Of a DNA stretch of 64,000 bases, positions 49,366-60,772 are shown one piece after another (the stretch's first letter is position 1; every line of letters begins with the position of its first letter). Origin of the DNA: Octopus sinensis (Eukaryota); contig NW_021832831.1 in assembly GCF_006345805.1 (NCBI RefSeq), positions 38,188-102,187 of the forward strand, written 5' to 3'. The notes beneath the pieces are model-generated. The model was given only the letters and a program-made list of their open reading frames with translations, was not told the DNA's origin and did no database searches. The position numbers and the translations under genes were made by a program.

Positions 49366-49412
49366 ATTTCTGTTAGTGATGCACCCACCCTTTCCTGCCC
49401 CCACCACCTATA

Positions 49413-49520
49413 CCGGAAATCCCTTCTCATGTACTAGAAGTCCCTTCTCTCGTACTGGAATCCCTTCTCTTGTACTGGAAATCCCTTCTCTCGATAGTGG
49501 TAATCTCTTCTCATATACCA
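49413..49520. repeat. ~21-bp minisatellite (ACTGGAAATCCCTTCTCTCGT-like)
   Basis: 4-5 visible units. Confidence 0.75.
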
Positions 49521-49647
49521 GTAAACTCTTCCCTTATACCGAAAGTTCTCACAGAGCACTGCCTCACTTCTGCACACCAGAAAATCTACATACCTTCATC
49601 CTTCCTTCCCTCCCAAACCATCTTCCTCTCACTCACCTCTTACTCAC

Positions 49648-49699
<52 letters not shown>

Positions 49700-50664
49700 A
49701 AACTGAGATTGTGTGTGTGTGTGTGTGTCTGTGTGTTTTCCTAAAACTTGAGAACTACACAACCAACTTCATTCAAATTTTACACATGCCTTACTTAAGG
49801 GCGACCCCACAGCAATATCATATCTTCTCCACTATTTCAGTATTACGTGTTAAAAGTGAAACAAAAACATCTCTCTTTTGTAATGCAGACACTTTCACTT
49901 TAATACTGAAACTATTAAAGTGAAAGTATTATATAACAGGGATGAACCATTAACAATGGTCATCCATTTTACTAGAAGATCCGCTATGGTCTTATATGCT
50001 ACACCACTGGTTTTCAATTCATATTAATCAAATTAATAATCAATTTTTCACCCTTATTATGTGTGTGTGTGTGTATTAGCAATTCATATAAAATTGCATC
50101 AATGACTTGAACTTGAATAAGTGGTTTCACATAAATGGGGATAAATTAAAAAGGTTTGTTGTTATTATTATTATTATTGTTTGGCTATTGTAATCACGTT
50201 TGTTGGTTCCTCATCAGGGAAACGTTGTTGTGTTGCATTTGTTAAATAATTGTAAACCATAACCCCCCCGCTTTCGGAGAAGGGGCTTTGGTTATTGTTT
50301 AAAAATTGAATTGTGTCCCTGTTTGGGGAAATTGACAATATTTTCACCGTCTTTATGGAAGCATTTTTGTTAAAATGCCTTCGATAGAAGAAAGTCCAAA
50401 AATGAATTTCACTGCAGCCGTACAAGAGGGAGGACAAGATCCAATTGATCGAAATTGCAAGAGACGGACCTACATTTCCAGTCTGTTATATATTTTGAGT
50501 ATTGTTATCACTAGCGATATCAAGATATAACCTTGTATTTTGTATTTTATGTGTAGATGTATATATATAGATGTACATGTAATATGTACACATATATATA
50601 CACATATATACATGCATAATATATCTACCCATACACACATATGCACACACACACCACATACATA

Positions 50665-50800
50665 GGGGCAGGTGTGGCTGTGTGGTAACAAACTACATTC
50701 CAAACACATGGTCCTGGGTTCAGTCCCACTGTGGTGACTTGGTATGTGTCTTCTGCTGTAGCCTCAGACCAACAAAAGCCTTCTCAGTGGATTTTGTACA
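50665..50800 (+). mobile_element. tRNA-headed SINE head carried inside the Helitron
   Basis: A-box-like TGGCTGTGTGGT and B-box-like GGTTCAGTCCC. Confidence 0.8.
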
Positions 50801-50889
50801 TATATACAGGCATACATACATATATATATATTCATGCATACGTACATATTTGGCATAAACACTCTACCACTACAACTAATAACTGTTGG

Positions 50890-53590
50890 GAACACTTTCA
50901 AACCTGCCTTACATTCGAACCGGAATCTCAATGCCCAAGTTTTCCATCTGAAGTTAATCTCTCTCATGGAGCTCATACAAAAAGGGCAAGTTTTTGGGCC
51001 CATACAGTGACATGTACACAATCGAGTGTCAAAAAAGGGGCCTTCCACATGCTCATATCCTGCTTTGGCTCTCAGCGAAGATCAATTCAAATGACATCGA
51101 CAACATAATCTCTGCAGAACTTCCTGATCCAGCTTTAGACAAAGAACTATACGAAATAGTTAAAGCAAACATGGTACATGGTCCATGTGGGCGTGGATTC
51201 AACATAAACACACCATGCTTGAGGGACAGCATATGTTCAAAAGGATTTCCAAGGAGGTTCCTACAAGAAACTCAGGTGCTGATGGGTATCCATCATAAAG
51301 ACGCAGAAAACTAGAAGACGGAGGTTTCACAGCAACTATCGGACAGCACGATATTGATAATAGATGGATTGTTCCATACTGCCCACTCCTGTCAAAGACT
51401 TTCAATGCCCACATCAACGTTGAGTTTTGCAACTCCATTAAATCCATCAAGTACGTTTGCAAATATGTAAACAAGGGTTCTGACACTGCAATGTTTGGAC
51501 ATCAACAAGAATACTGCCAGGATGAGGTGATGCATTATCAGGTGGGACGGTACATAAGTAGCAACGAGGCTTTCTGGCGCATCTTTGGTTTCCAATTCAC
51601 CAACAACACCCCGCCATTCAACAGCTTGCAGTGCACCTGGAAAATGGTCAAAGAGTGTACTTTACCAATGCTAATGCTTCTCTGTTGGCAGAGGAACCAA
51701 GGGATAGCACACTCACTGCATTCTTCAAGCTTTGTCAAGTGGATCCATTTTCTCAAACCGTGCTGTATCCACAGATTCCATCGTACTACACTTGAAATGA
51801 AAAAAAATGGGCCCCACGGTCAAAATGTTCATGGATACCCTGGCATTAAGTTTCACACTTGCCTTGGGAAAGTATACACAGTGCATCCCACTCAACAAGA
51901 GTGCTTCTACCTTTGTCTACTACTGCATGAGGTCAGAGGGCCAACGTCTTTCCAGGCCCTAAAAACCGTTCATGGACATGTCTGCACAACATACAGAGAA
52001 GCCTGCTATCACAAGGTCTGTTAGAAGATGGTGCACAATGGGATGCAACTTTAGGAGAGGCTGCTTTATCACAATCACCTAAAAGTCTCAGGGCACTATT
52101 TGAATTATTACTACAGGCATGCGAACTGTGTGATCCGGCCACTCTATGGCTCAAATATAGAGACAACCTGGCTGAAGACTTTCAGTGCTAAGCTCAACTG
52201 CTCTATCCTGACATGGAGGGTATCAGCAATGAAATCTATAACAAAACATTCATTGACATTGAAGACAGAATTACTAAACTGGGTGGAAAGGAATTGTTGA
52301 CGTATGGCCTGCCACAAGCATTCAGGTCAGGGTCAAATAGCCTTCCCACTGCTGTAATTTGTGAAACAACCTACGACACTCAAGCGCTTTCAAAGTACAT
52401 TGTTGAAAATGAGCCTAAATTATTTCCGGACCAGCTGCAGGCCTACAGAACTATTCTTAACAGTGTATGCCAACGAATCTTCTTCCTCGATGCTCCTAGA
52501 GAGACAGAAAAAACATTTATTACAAAGCTTTTCCTTGCAGAAGTTAGGCAGCATCAGGACATTGCAGTAGCTGTAGCCTCCTCTGGCATTGCAGCTACTT
52601 TGTTATCCGGTGGCAGGACAGCACACTTAACTTTTAAACTCCTCTCAATTTAGCAGCATTTGAAATGCCTTCATGCAACATCAACAAAAGCTCAGGTCAG
52701 GGACAAGTACTTTAAATGTGTTATGTAATTGTCTGGGATGAGTGCACTATGGCTCACAAGGGAGCTTTGGAAGCATTAGATAGAGCCCTGAAAGACATCC
52801 AAGACTGTCAGGCTCCAATGGGATGTGTAACGCTTCTGTTGTCAGGTGATTTCAGGCAAATTCTTCCTGTCATTCCGAAAGGCACTAGAGCAGATGAAGT
52901 CTAAGCATACCTAAAGTCCTCTACCCTGTGGCATCATGTTACAATTCTCAGTCTCACTACTAACATGAGAGCTCAGCTACATGGCGACAAAATGTCCACA
53001 AAGTTTGCACAGGACATTTTGACACTTGGTGAAGGCAAGATGCCTCTCGATGCTGCAGGACAAATGGAAGTGTGGTCATTTTCCTCTGTTGTTAATTCTG
53101 TGGATGACCTCAAAAACAAAGTCTTTCCAACTTCACACAAAACTACCAAAATCACAATTGGCTGTGTGAAAGAGCAATATTAGCTCCAAAAAATGTCGCT
53201 GTTAACAAAATTAATCAACCACCAAGACTTTGCAATGGAACACAGCTGGTGATAAAGAAAATGATGTCACACGTTATCGAGGCAATTATTCTTTCTGGAT
53301 GTGGAAAAGATGATGACATCTTTATTCCAAGAATTCCTCTTACTCCATCAGGAGCAGAAATTCCATTTACATTCAGAAGACTGCAATTCCCCCTTCATGT
53401 CAGCTTTGCCATGTCCATTAACAAATCTCAGGGTCAAACCCTCTCTGTAGCAGGTCTTCTCTTGGAAGAGCCCTCCTTCTCGCATGGGCAACTGTATGCT
53501 GGCTGCTCAAGAGTAGGAACCAAAAGAAACCTTTTTGTATATGCTCCACAAGGAAAAACAAGGAACATTGTTTACAACGAGGTGTTATAA
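50890..53590 (+). pseudogene. Helitron RepHel (HUH Rep plus PIF1-family helicase), multiply frameshifted
   Basis: 'YTIECQKRGLPHAHILLWL', 'MVHGPCG', 'KYVCKYVNKG' (read by hand near 51448), 'VASSGIAATLLSGGRTAH', 'IVWDECTM', 'SGDFRQILPV', 'RLQFPL...SINKSQGQTL', 'FSHGQLY'. Confidence 0.95.
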
Positions 53591-53884
53591 TCTCAACAGC
53601 CAGGAGGTATATACATGATCCCCCTTTTTTTAACAAACTTCATGTACTTTCATGTATATATATTTTAATATACATATATAGTGTGTGTGTGTATCCATAT
53701 ATATACAACAGAAAAGTCTAATTCTTCAATTGAATGTAACCGGGCAACGCCAGGTATCTCTGCTAGTATATATATCTATCTATCTATATGTATATATATA
53801 TATATATATGTATTTGACTAACCCAACCGAATAGCAGTCCATTATTTACTGACTTAATTTAACATTGGCATATTTATAGCTATA

Positions 53885-54913
53885 CTAGCATTAAAGACCC
53901 GTCGTTGCCGGGTCATAGTGCTAGTGCGTGTATATGTGTATATATATGTGTACATATTACAGGTACATCTATATATATACATCTACACATAAAATACAAA
54001 ATACAAATTTATATCTTGATATCGCTAGTGATACAATGCTCAAAATATATAACAGACTGGAATTGTTAGCCCGTCTCTTGTAATTTCAATCAATTGTATC
54101 TTGTCCTCCCTCTTGTATAGAAGTGTGGCTACAATCCAGCCTACCTCTACTTCTGGGGTGGGGTGGGGTGGGGGGTGCATTTAAAATTTTTTTTCCGGGA
54201 CGTCCTACGTCCCAGATATAAAGGTAAAAGTAAAATATTTCCACTTTGCAAGTTCGAGTCGAGTACTCCCTTGCACGCTCCGTTGACTCGAACCTTGCTT
54301 CTATTGTGGCGAATTTACCGTCACTGGTTAGATACCTTTCATAGTTGCACCAAGACACTTTTCGAAGGTGCTTTCCTCCATGTGTTCAAATCTTCTTTTT
54401 TCTCTACATTGTATACTTTATAGACAATAGTCTTTTCTTTAGTTTAATATTTTATTATCCATCTGGACTATTCCATTTCTGCACGCTAATTTTATTTTAA
54501 TTTATTCCCATTCATGTGAAACCACTTATTCAAGTTCAAGTCATTGATGCAATTTTATACCATTGCTATTTTTACTTTTATGTTACGATTATATTATACT
54601 TTAGTTTGATTTTAATTATTACTTACTACATATAATTCAATTGTTATTATTATTTTTATTGTTAAAGTGAAAGTATCTGACATAAAATAGAGAAATGTTT
54701 TTGTTTCACTTTTAACACATAATACTGAAATAGTGGAGAAGATATGATAGTGCTATGGGCTCGCTCTAGGCAAGAAGTTGAACATTCTTTTTGCCCATGA
54801 AACTACATGGACCCTAAGTAAGGCATGTGTAAAATTTGAATGGAATTGGTTGTGTAGTTCTCAAGTTTTAGGGAAACACACAGACAGACACACATTCTCA
54901 GTTTTATATATAT
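53885..54913 (-). mobile_element. Short non-autonomous Helitron, same subfamily as 41827-43088, inverted
   Basis: Reverse complement of 41830-43088 with an intact palindrome CTAGCATTAAAGACCCG-TCGTTGC-CGGGTCATAGTGCTAG. Confidence 0.85.
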
Positions 54914-56673
54914 TAATATTTTTCCGCTGCAGTAATGCTTATATTACAATGCTTACCTTACTGTCACCCCCAGTAGAGGCAACAATTTTAACTTGTTTGA
55001 ATGATGATAGGTTAAAAACAAGAACAACTGTTGTGATATATCTGTTATCAAATGATCATGGAACCTTCTTTGCAGGTGCCGAATAACATCTCTCCTTCCC
55101 ATGTTCCCTCCCACATCCCTTTCCCAGTTTTCAGAGTTGGCACTGTAACTGTAGGCACTTTGAAATGTTGGTCTAACGTGATTGTAGAAATGATTGAATG
55201 GAGGCATGTTTATGTATGTTGCATACAAGAGAGGAGCTTCTGCCAGGTTCTTCACAGGCAAGACACATAGGTACAAAATCTTCTGGGAAGGTAACAATGA
55301 CAGAGTAGGTGGTATGAGGATACTTCTTGCAGTGAAATAGGTCATAGAGGTAGTCATAGTGTGCGATAGAGTACTTAAGCTCAGGCTAGTCTTGCAGACT
55401 ACATTTATATCTGCCTACGCCCCACAAGCGAGCCTACTAAGTAAAAAAGAGGACCACTTTTATGATATTCTTCTGCAGAATAAATCAAAGACCAGTGACA
55501 ATGATTTTATCTTTGTGGCTGGGAATTTCAATGGGCTTGTTGGACGGCAGCCTGGTATCTTCCTTGGTGTAAATGGGGGCCATGAAATTTGGTCCTGAAG
55601 CGAAGAGGGAACATGGCTACTGGAGTTCTGTGATGCAAATAACCTTTTGATTTGCAACACCAACTTCAGGAAGCCAGCCAGCCACTTAATAACTTACCAA
55701 ATAGGTAACTCTTCCAACCAGATCGATTTCATTCTCACTAGACAGTGGGATGCATGGTTGCTCTTAAATGCAAAAACCCTCCATGGTGAAGAATGTACCC
55801 CCACCCAGCGTAAACTAGTCATTAACAACTTTAGACTCTAGGCTAGAAGGAAGGCAAGAAGCAGACCAATCTGGAAAAGAAAGATTTGGAAGCTTAAGGT
55901 CAGAGATTTAGAGACACCCTAATTGAGAAATTTGGTGAATGGGAGGAGGAGCTACAAACTTGTGACAAAAAGGTCAACTGGGAATTCCTGCGAGGCAGCT
56001 TACTGAGTGCCACAGACCAAATCTGTGGCTTGTGCACAGTCCCTTCTGGACCTAAGGTAACATGGCAGTGGAACAATACTGTAGACAGAGCCATTAGAGC
56101 AAAGAAACAGGGAACTGTATCTGATAGCCAGAAGGGAAGCTAGGAGACAGGTATATCTAGCCAAGAGGGAAGAAGAATAGAAGTTTGCCTATGTTCAGTG
56201 TCATGAGGACCAAAGAACTGAAGTATTTGGATTGCAAGACAGTGTGTGAGAGAAAATTCTGATGTCATTGGGGAGAAATGTGTCTGCATGGATGATGAGC
56301 ACTTATTTTTAATGAGTCTGCAAATAAAGTGGCTTGGAGATGCTATTATGAAAGACTGCTGAATGTTGAAAATGAATGGCACGAGAAGAGTCTACCAAAT
56401 GTCAACCCAAATGAGAGACCAGCTACCTGAATGAATCGACAGTACCTTAGAAGACAAAGCAATTAAGGCTATGAAGACAGGGAAACTCCTGGCCCATCAG
56501 GAATCACTGCTGAGATGCTTAAAATATCTGGCAGTGTTGGTTATTGTCGAGTCACCCGTATTGTAAATCAGGTAGTTCATGAAGAAGTCCTACCTAATAA
56601 CTAGTGTGGCTGCACCATAGTCAACTGATACAAAGGTAAAGGTGATGCCTTAGATAGAAATAATTTCAGAGGT

Positions 56674-56824
56674 GTAGTGGATGTGTGTGTGTATTAATAA
56701 ATACATAAGTTGTTTCATGATTAAATAGAGATTTATTTACATGGATTAATATTTACACTACATAAATTTTGTAAGCAATGCTACGCATTGCTTGTACAGA
56801 ATACATATTAAAGAAGAATATGTT

Positions 56825-56868
<44 letters not shown>

Positions 56869-57235
56869 TAAATCATTCAGAACCGTAACCTGTAGGCATA
56901 TTCTCTAGTCGTCTCCGAAACGCGTAGTGGTGTCTGCTTGAGTGTCAGCTCCGGTTGTCTCTTTCTAGTCGTTTTTCCCTTTCTATTTATAAAATCTCAA
57001 ACAGCTAGAAAAATAGATATATCGCAACAGAGCTACTGTTTAAGTAGGTCATCGTTCGTCCCCTTGAACTTCGCCTGACATGGCTCAGGTCGGAGGTCAA
57101 AGGGAAACGATCAATCACTTTTGTCAGAACAAAGGGATCTTAATTTCGCGCCTAAACGTGCATTGGTATTTGACGACCGATGATTCTTGGATTCGATTTC
57201 AAATCCAAGCTTAGAGAAGGAAGTGCTAACTCTTA
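56674..57235. other. Unclassified hairpin-rich insertion with CAGAGGT target-site duplication
   Basis: The RTE frame breaks after CAGAGGT (56667-56673) and resumes at CAGAGGT (57236-57242). No TIR, ORF or polyA is present. Confidence 0.7.
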
Positions 57236-58650
57236 CAGAGGTATTAAATTGTTGGATCAAGTGATGAAAGTTACAGAGAGTCGTAGCCCAATTAATTAGG
57301 GAGAGATTTAGTTGAGATGCAGTTTGGGTTTGTGCCATGTAGAAGCACCACTGATGCTATATTTCTGGTAAGGCAACTGCAGGAGAAATACCTAGCCATA
57401 GAAATACCTGGCTTTTGTTGACTTGGAAAAAACTTTTAACAGAGTCCTCCAATCCCTTATCTGGTGGTCAATGTGGAAACTAGGGATAGACGAGTGGTTG
57501 GTGAGAGCCATACAAGCCTTGTACAGGGACACTACCAGTAAGGTGAGGGCAGGCAAATAATTCAGGGTACAAGTAAAGGTTCACCCAGGATCAGTGCTCA
57601 CTCCCCTATTATTCATCATAGTCCTCCAAACAATAACAGAGGAATTTGAGACAGGCTGCCCCTGGGAGCTCCTCTATGCTGATTACCTTTCTCTTATAGC
57701 TGAATCACTACTTGAACTAAAGATGAAGTTCTAGATATTGAAGCAAAATCTAGATTTAAAGGGCCTTAGAGTTAATCTAGTGAAAACAAAAGTCACAGGT
57801 AGTAGGAAGGCAGAGAAATCACAAATCCCTTCAGTTAGATGATCCTGCTCAACCTGTAGAAAAGGTGTTGTTAGAAACTCCATCAGATGCACCCAGTGTA
57901 AGCTTTAGACTCATAAAAGGTGCAGCAACATCAGAGGAAGGTTAACAGGGGAAACTAACTTTTGTATGTGGAAGGTGCACAGGTACAATAAATGCTGAAA
58001 ATGTGCAGAAAATAAACTCCATCAACTGCCAGATGGGCATGGTAGAGGTAGTAGATAGCTTCCATTATCTAGGTGACCAAGTTAGTAGTGGAGGTGGATG
58101 TTCCAAGGGTATGGCTGTTAGAATAAGATTGGGTTGGGCAAAGTTCAGAGAGCTCCTACCCTTGCTGGAAATGAAGGGCCTTTCTCTCAGAGTGAAAAGC
58201 AGATTGTTTGATGCGTGTGTGTGAACAGATTTGTTGCATGACAGTGAAACATGAACTTTGACAGCTGAGGATATGCATAGGCTTGAAAGAAATGAAGCCA
58301 GTATATTTCACTGGATGTGCAATGTCAGTGTGCATGTTTGACAGAGTGTAAGCATCTTGAGAGAAAGAGGAATGAGGTGTGCAAGAGAGACGACTGTGCT
58401 GGTATGGTCATGATGCGTATGGATGAGGACAGCTGTGAAAAGAAGTGCCAATCTTTAACTGTGGCGGGAACCTGTGGTAGAGGTAGACTCAGAAAGACAT
58501 GGAGTGAGGTGGTGAAGCATGATCTTCAAACTTTGAGCCTTGCAGAGACAATGACTGGTGACCAAAACCTTTGGTGATGTACTCTGCTTGAGAGAACCCA
58601 TCAAGCTAAGTGCACCTGTGTTGGTGGCACATAAAGAACATCTTTTGAAC

Positions 58651-58920
58651 ATTGGGCCTGACAGAGGCAAAGTGGCTGAGTTCCTTTCGAGCATTGGGCC
58701 TAAACAAAGGCAAAGTGGCTGAGTTCCTCTCAAGCATTGGGCCTCACAGAGGCAAGTTGGCTGAGGTCTTTTCGAGCATTGGGCCTCATGGTGGCAAAGT
58801 GGCTGAATTCCTTTCAAGTTTTGGGCCCGACAGAGGCAAAGTGGCTGAGTTCTGTTCAAGTGTTGGGCCTCACAGAGGCAAGTTGGCTGAGTTTCTTTCA
58901 AGTGTTGGGCCTCATGGAGA
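58651..58920 (+). repeat. 42-bp minisatellite (about 6.5 units) derived partly from the RTE ORF end
   Basis: Unit starts at 58651, 58693, 58736, 58778, 58820, 58862 and 58904; core TTGGGCCTCACAGAGGCA also occurs at 26395. Confidence 0.9.
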
Positions 58921-59199
58921 TGATAACTAAGACCTTTGGCATTATATTGTGCTTGAGAAGATCCATCAAGCCAAACAAAATCGCAATTGTGGCAGATACC
59001 ATTGTTACGCAAACTGGTACCCATGCCGGTGGCACGTAAAAACACCCTTTACCCTCTTGGAGTGGTTGGTGTTAGGAAGGGCATCCAGTCATAGAAAACC
59101 ATGCCACATGAGACTGGAGTCTGGTGCAGCCTTTCCAGCATGCCAGCCCAGTCAAACTGTCCAGCCCATGCCTGCATGGACAATGGACGTTAAATGATG

Positions 59200-59235
<36 letters not shown>

Positions 59236-59237
<2 letters not shown>

Positions 59238-59362
59238 TCATCTACATTTAACATCCACTGACCATGCTTGCATGGGATGGATAGTTTGACCAGGGCTGGT
59301 AAGCCGAGGCACTGCACCAGACTCCAGTCTGATTTGGTATGGTTTCTACAGCTGGATGCCCT
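59236..59362 (-). mobile_element. RTE tail fragment, tail-to-tail with the previous copy across (TA)n
   Basis: CATCATCTACATTTAACATCCACTGACCATGCTTGCATGGG antisense tail. Confidence 0.8.
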
Positions 59363-59720
59363 GGTGGTAAGAATTTTGCTTCCCAGCCACATGGTTCCAG
59401 GTTCAATCCCACTGTGTGTCACATTGGGCAAATGTCTTCTAGTATGGTTTCATCAACCAAAACATTGTGAGTGGATCTGGTAGACAGAAATTGAAAGAAA
59501 GCCATCACATATATATATGTCTTTGTGTCTGTGTTTGTCCCCGCCACCCACTTGACAACCAATGTTGGTGTATTAATTTCCCTATAACTTAGCAGTTCAG
59601 CAAAAGTGACTGATAGAATAAGTACCAGACTTAAAGCAATAGATAATGAGATCAATTCATTCAACTGAAATTCTTTAATGTGGTGCCCCAGCATGGCCAT
59701 AATCTAATGATTGAAAGAAA
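59363..59720 (+). mobile_element. tRNA-headed SINE, most complete copy in the window
   Basis: B-box GGTTCAATCCC, central (TA/TG) tract, 3' GGTGCCCCAGCATGGCC...ATGATTGAAAG. Confidence 0.85.
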
Positions 59721-59724
59721 AGAT

Positions 59725-60190
59725 AGATTTCTTTATTAGGCAACACAGGGCTGAACACAGGGGCGACAATACAATGTAGAATTTTTCTTTTCAAAACCGA
59801 TCAAGAGGGATTGAAAACAGTTTGAGATGCATACACAAAAAGATAACAAGGTAATGTCTTAGTAGAAATCCCCAAAAGGGGGAGAAAATATAACACTGAC
59901 TAGGATTATCCATGGAAAGAAGAGCCTATGAAAAAAATCCATGGTAACCTCAAAAAAAATAGGTTCATGCTCAAAGTGGGTTCATCATTCATACATACCA
60001 TCTTTGCTACATTCACTCACCTTTTATTAAACTTTTCATTAGACAAAACTTCCCTCTGTACTCTCACCTTCCTTTTCAAGTATTACTTAAAAAAGTTGAT
60101 GACAGGTTGGCCAGAGAGAAAAGTATTTGTCTCTAAGCCTTTCAAATGAATCCACCATACACAATGTTTCACCATAGCCACCTTCCTGGT
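59725..60190 (-). mobile_element. Probable Tx1/L1-like LINE 3' end
   Basis: The minus strand reads 'HLKGLETNTFLSGQPVINFFK*YLKRKVRVQREVLSNEKFNKR*VNV', followed by a UTR ending near AATAAA. The family call is from recalled motif style only. Confidence 0.4.
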
Positions 60191-60723
60191 TAAAGGAAGG
60201 TAACGGGGCAATATTTATGATAGACTCAGTTGACAACTGGTCTTGTCCCACACGTGACTGCATAATGTTATTATATTCTCAAAGTGTTTTTATTCTTAAA
60301 AGATATAAGCAAATTATGTGTATAAGTTTATCATTGATAGGTATGTGTATGTTTGTGTATTTAGATATATATATATATATATATATATATACCATAATTT
60401 CCAGCATATAAAGCACACATTTTGCTTAAAAATTCCCTCAGAAATTGCCCTGTCCTTATATGCTGACGCTCAGGCTTTGGGTAGACTTGGTTAATATTAT
60501 TAATGATGGACAATACTGGTAGCAGTGGAGGTCAGTGGGGATATTTGGTAGTGTTAAGATAATTATTGTAACTTATCCTACCAAAAGATGTTAGTCCAAA
60601 TTTTCTGTGATTCCTATATATGAATGTGTGAGATATTTAGTTTGGGTTAGCTGTAATTTCTTTCTTGTAGATTAGGCCAACTAAAATTGGTGTGTGTCTT
60701 ATATACCCCAAAATACTGTGTTA

Positions 60724-60768
<45 letters not shown>

Positions 60769-60772
<4 letters not shown>

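Larger units (their letters stand above)
49676..53766 (+). mobile_element. Helitron with both termini and a decayed, internally deleted RepHel gene
   Basis: 5' TCTATATA...TAAAACTGAG; 3' hairpin ACCGGGCAACGCCAGGT, then CTAG|T (53763-53766). Confidence 0.92.
54960..59195 (+). mobile_element. Near full-length, old RTE copy (leader to tail) with a 562-bp insertion and an internal minisatellite
   Basis: 'RVGTVTVGTLK', 'FISAYAPQ', 'NFRKPASHLITY', RT and PHD remnants, tail at ~59170-59195. Confidence 0.9.

Noticed and set aside
50195-50340. Minus-strand CTGATGA and several hairpin-plus-GAAA motifs inside the Helitron
   Set aside because: The core is not conserved in the paralogous copies (CTTACGA at ~42530 and ~44100), and no complete fold could be built.
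58651-58920. Regular 42-bp repeats as a CRISPR array
   Set aside because: The units are contiguous with no unique spacers, the context is eukaryotic TE DNA, and there are no cas genes.
59363-59430. tRNA gene
   Set aside because: A- and B-box-like motifs are present but there is no cloverleaf, and it continues into a SINE body.
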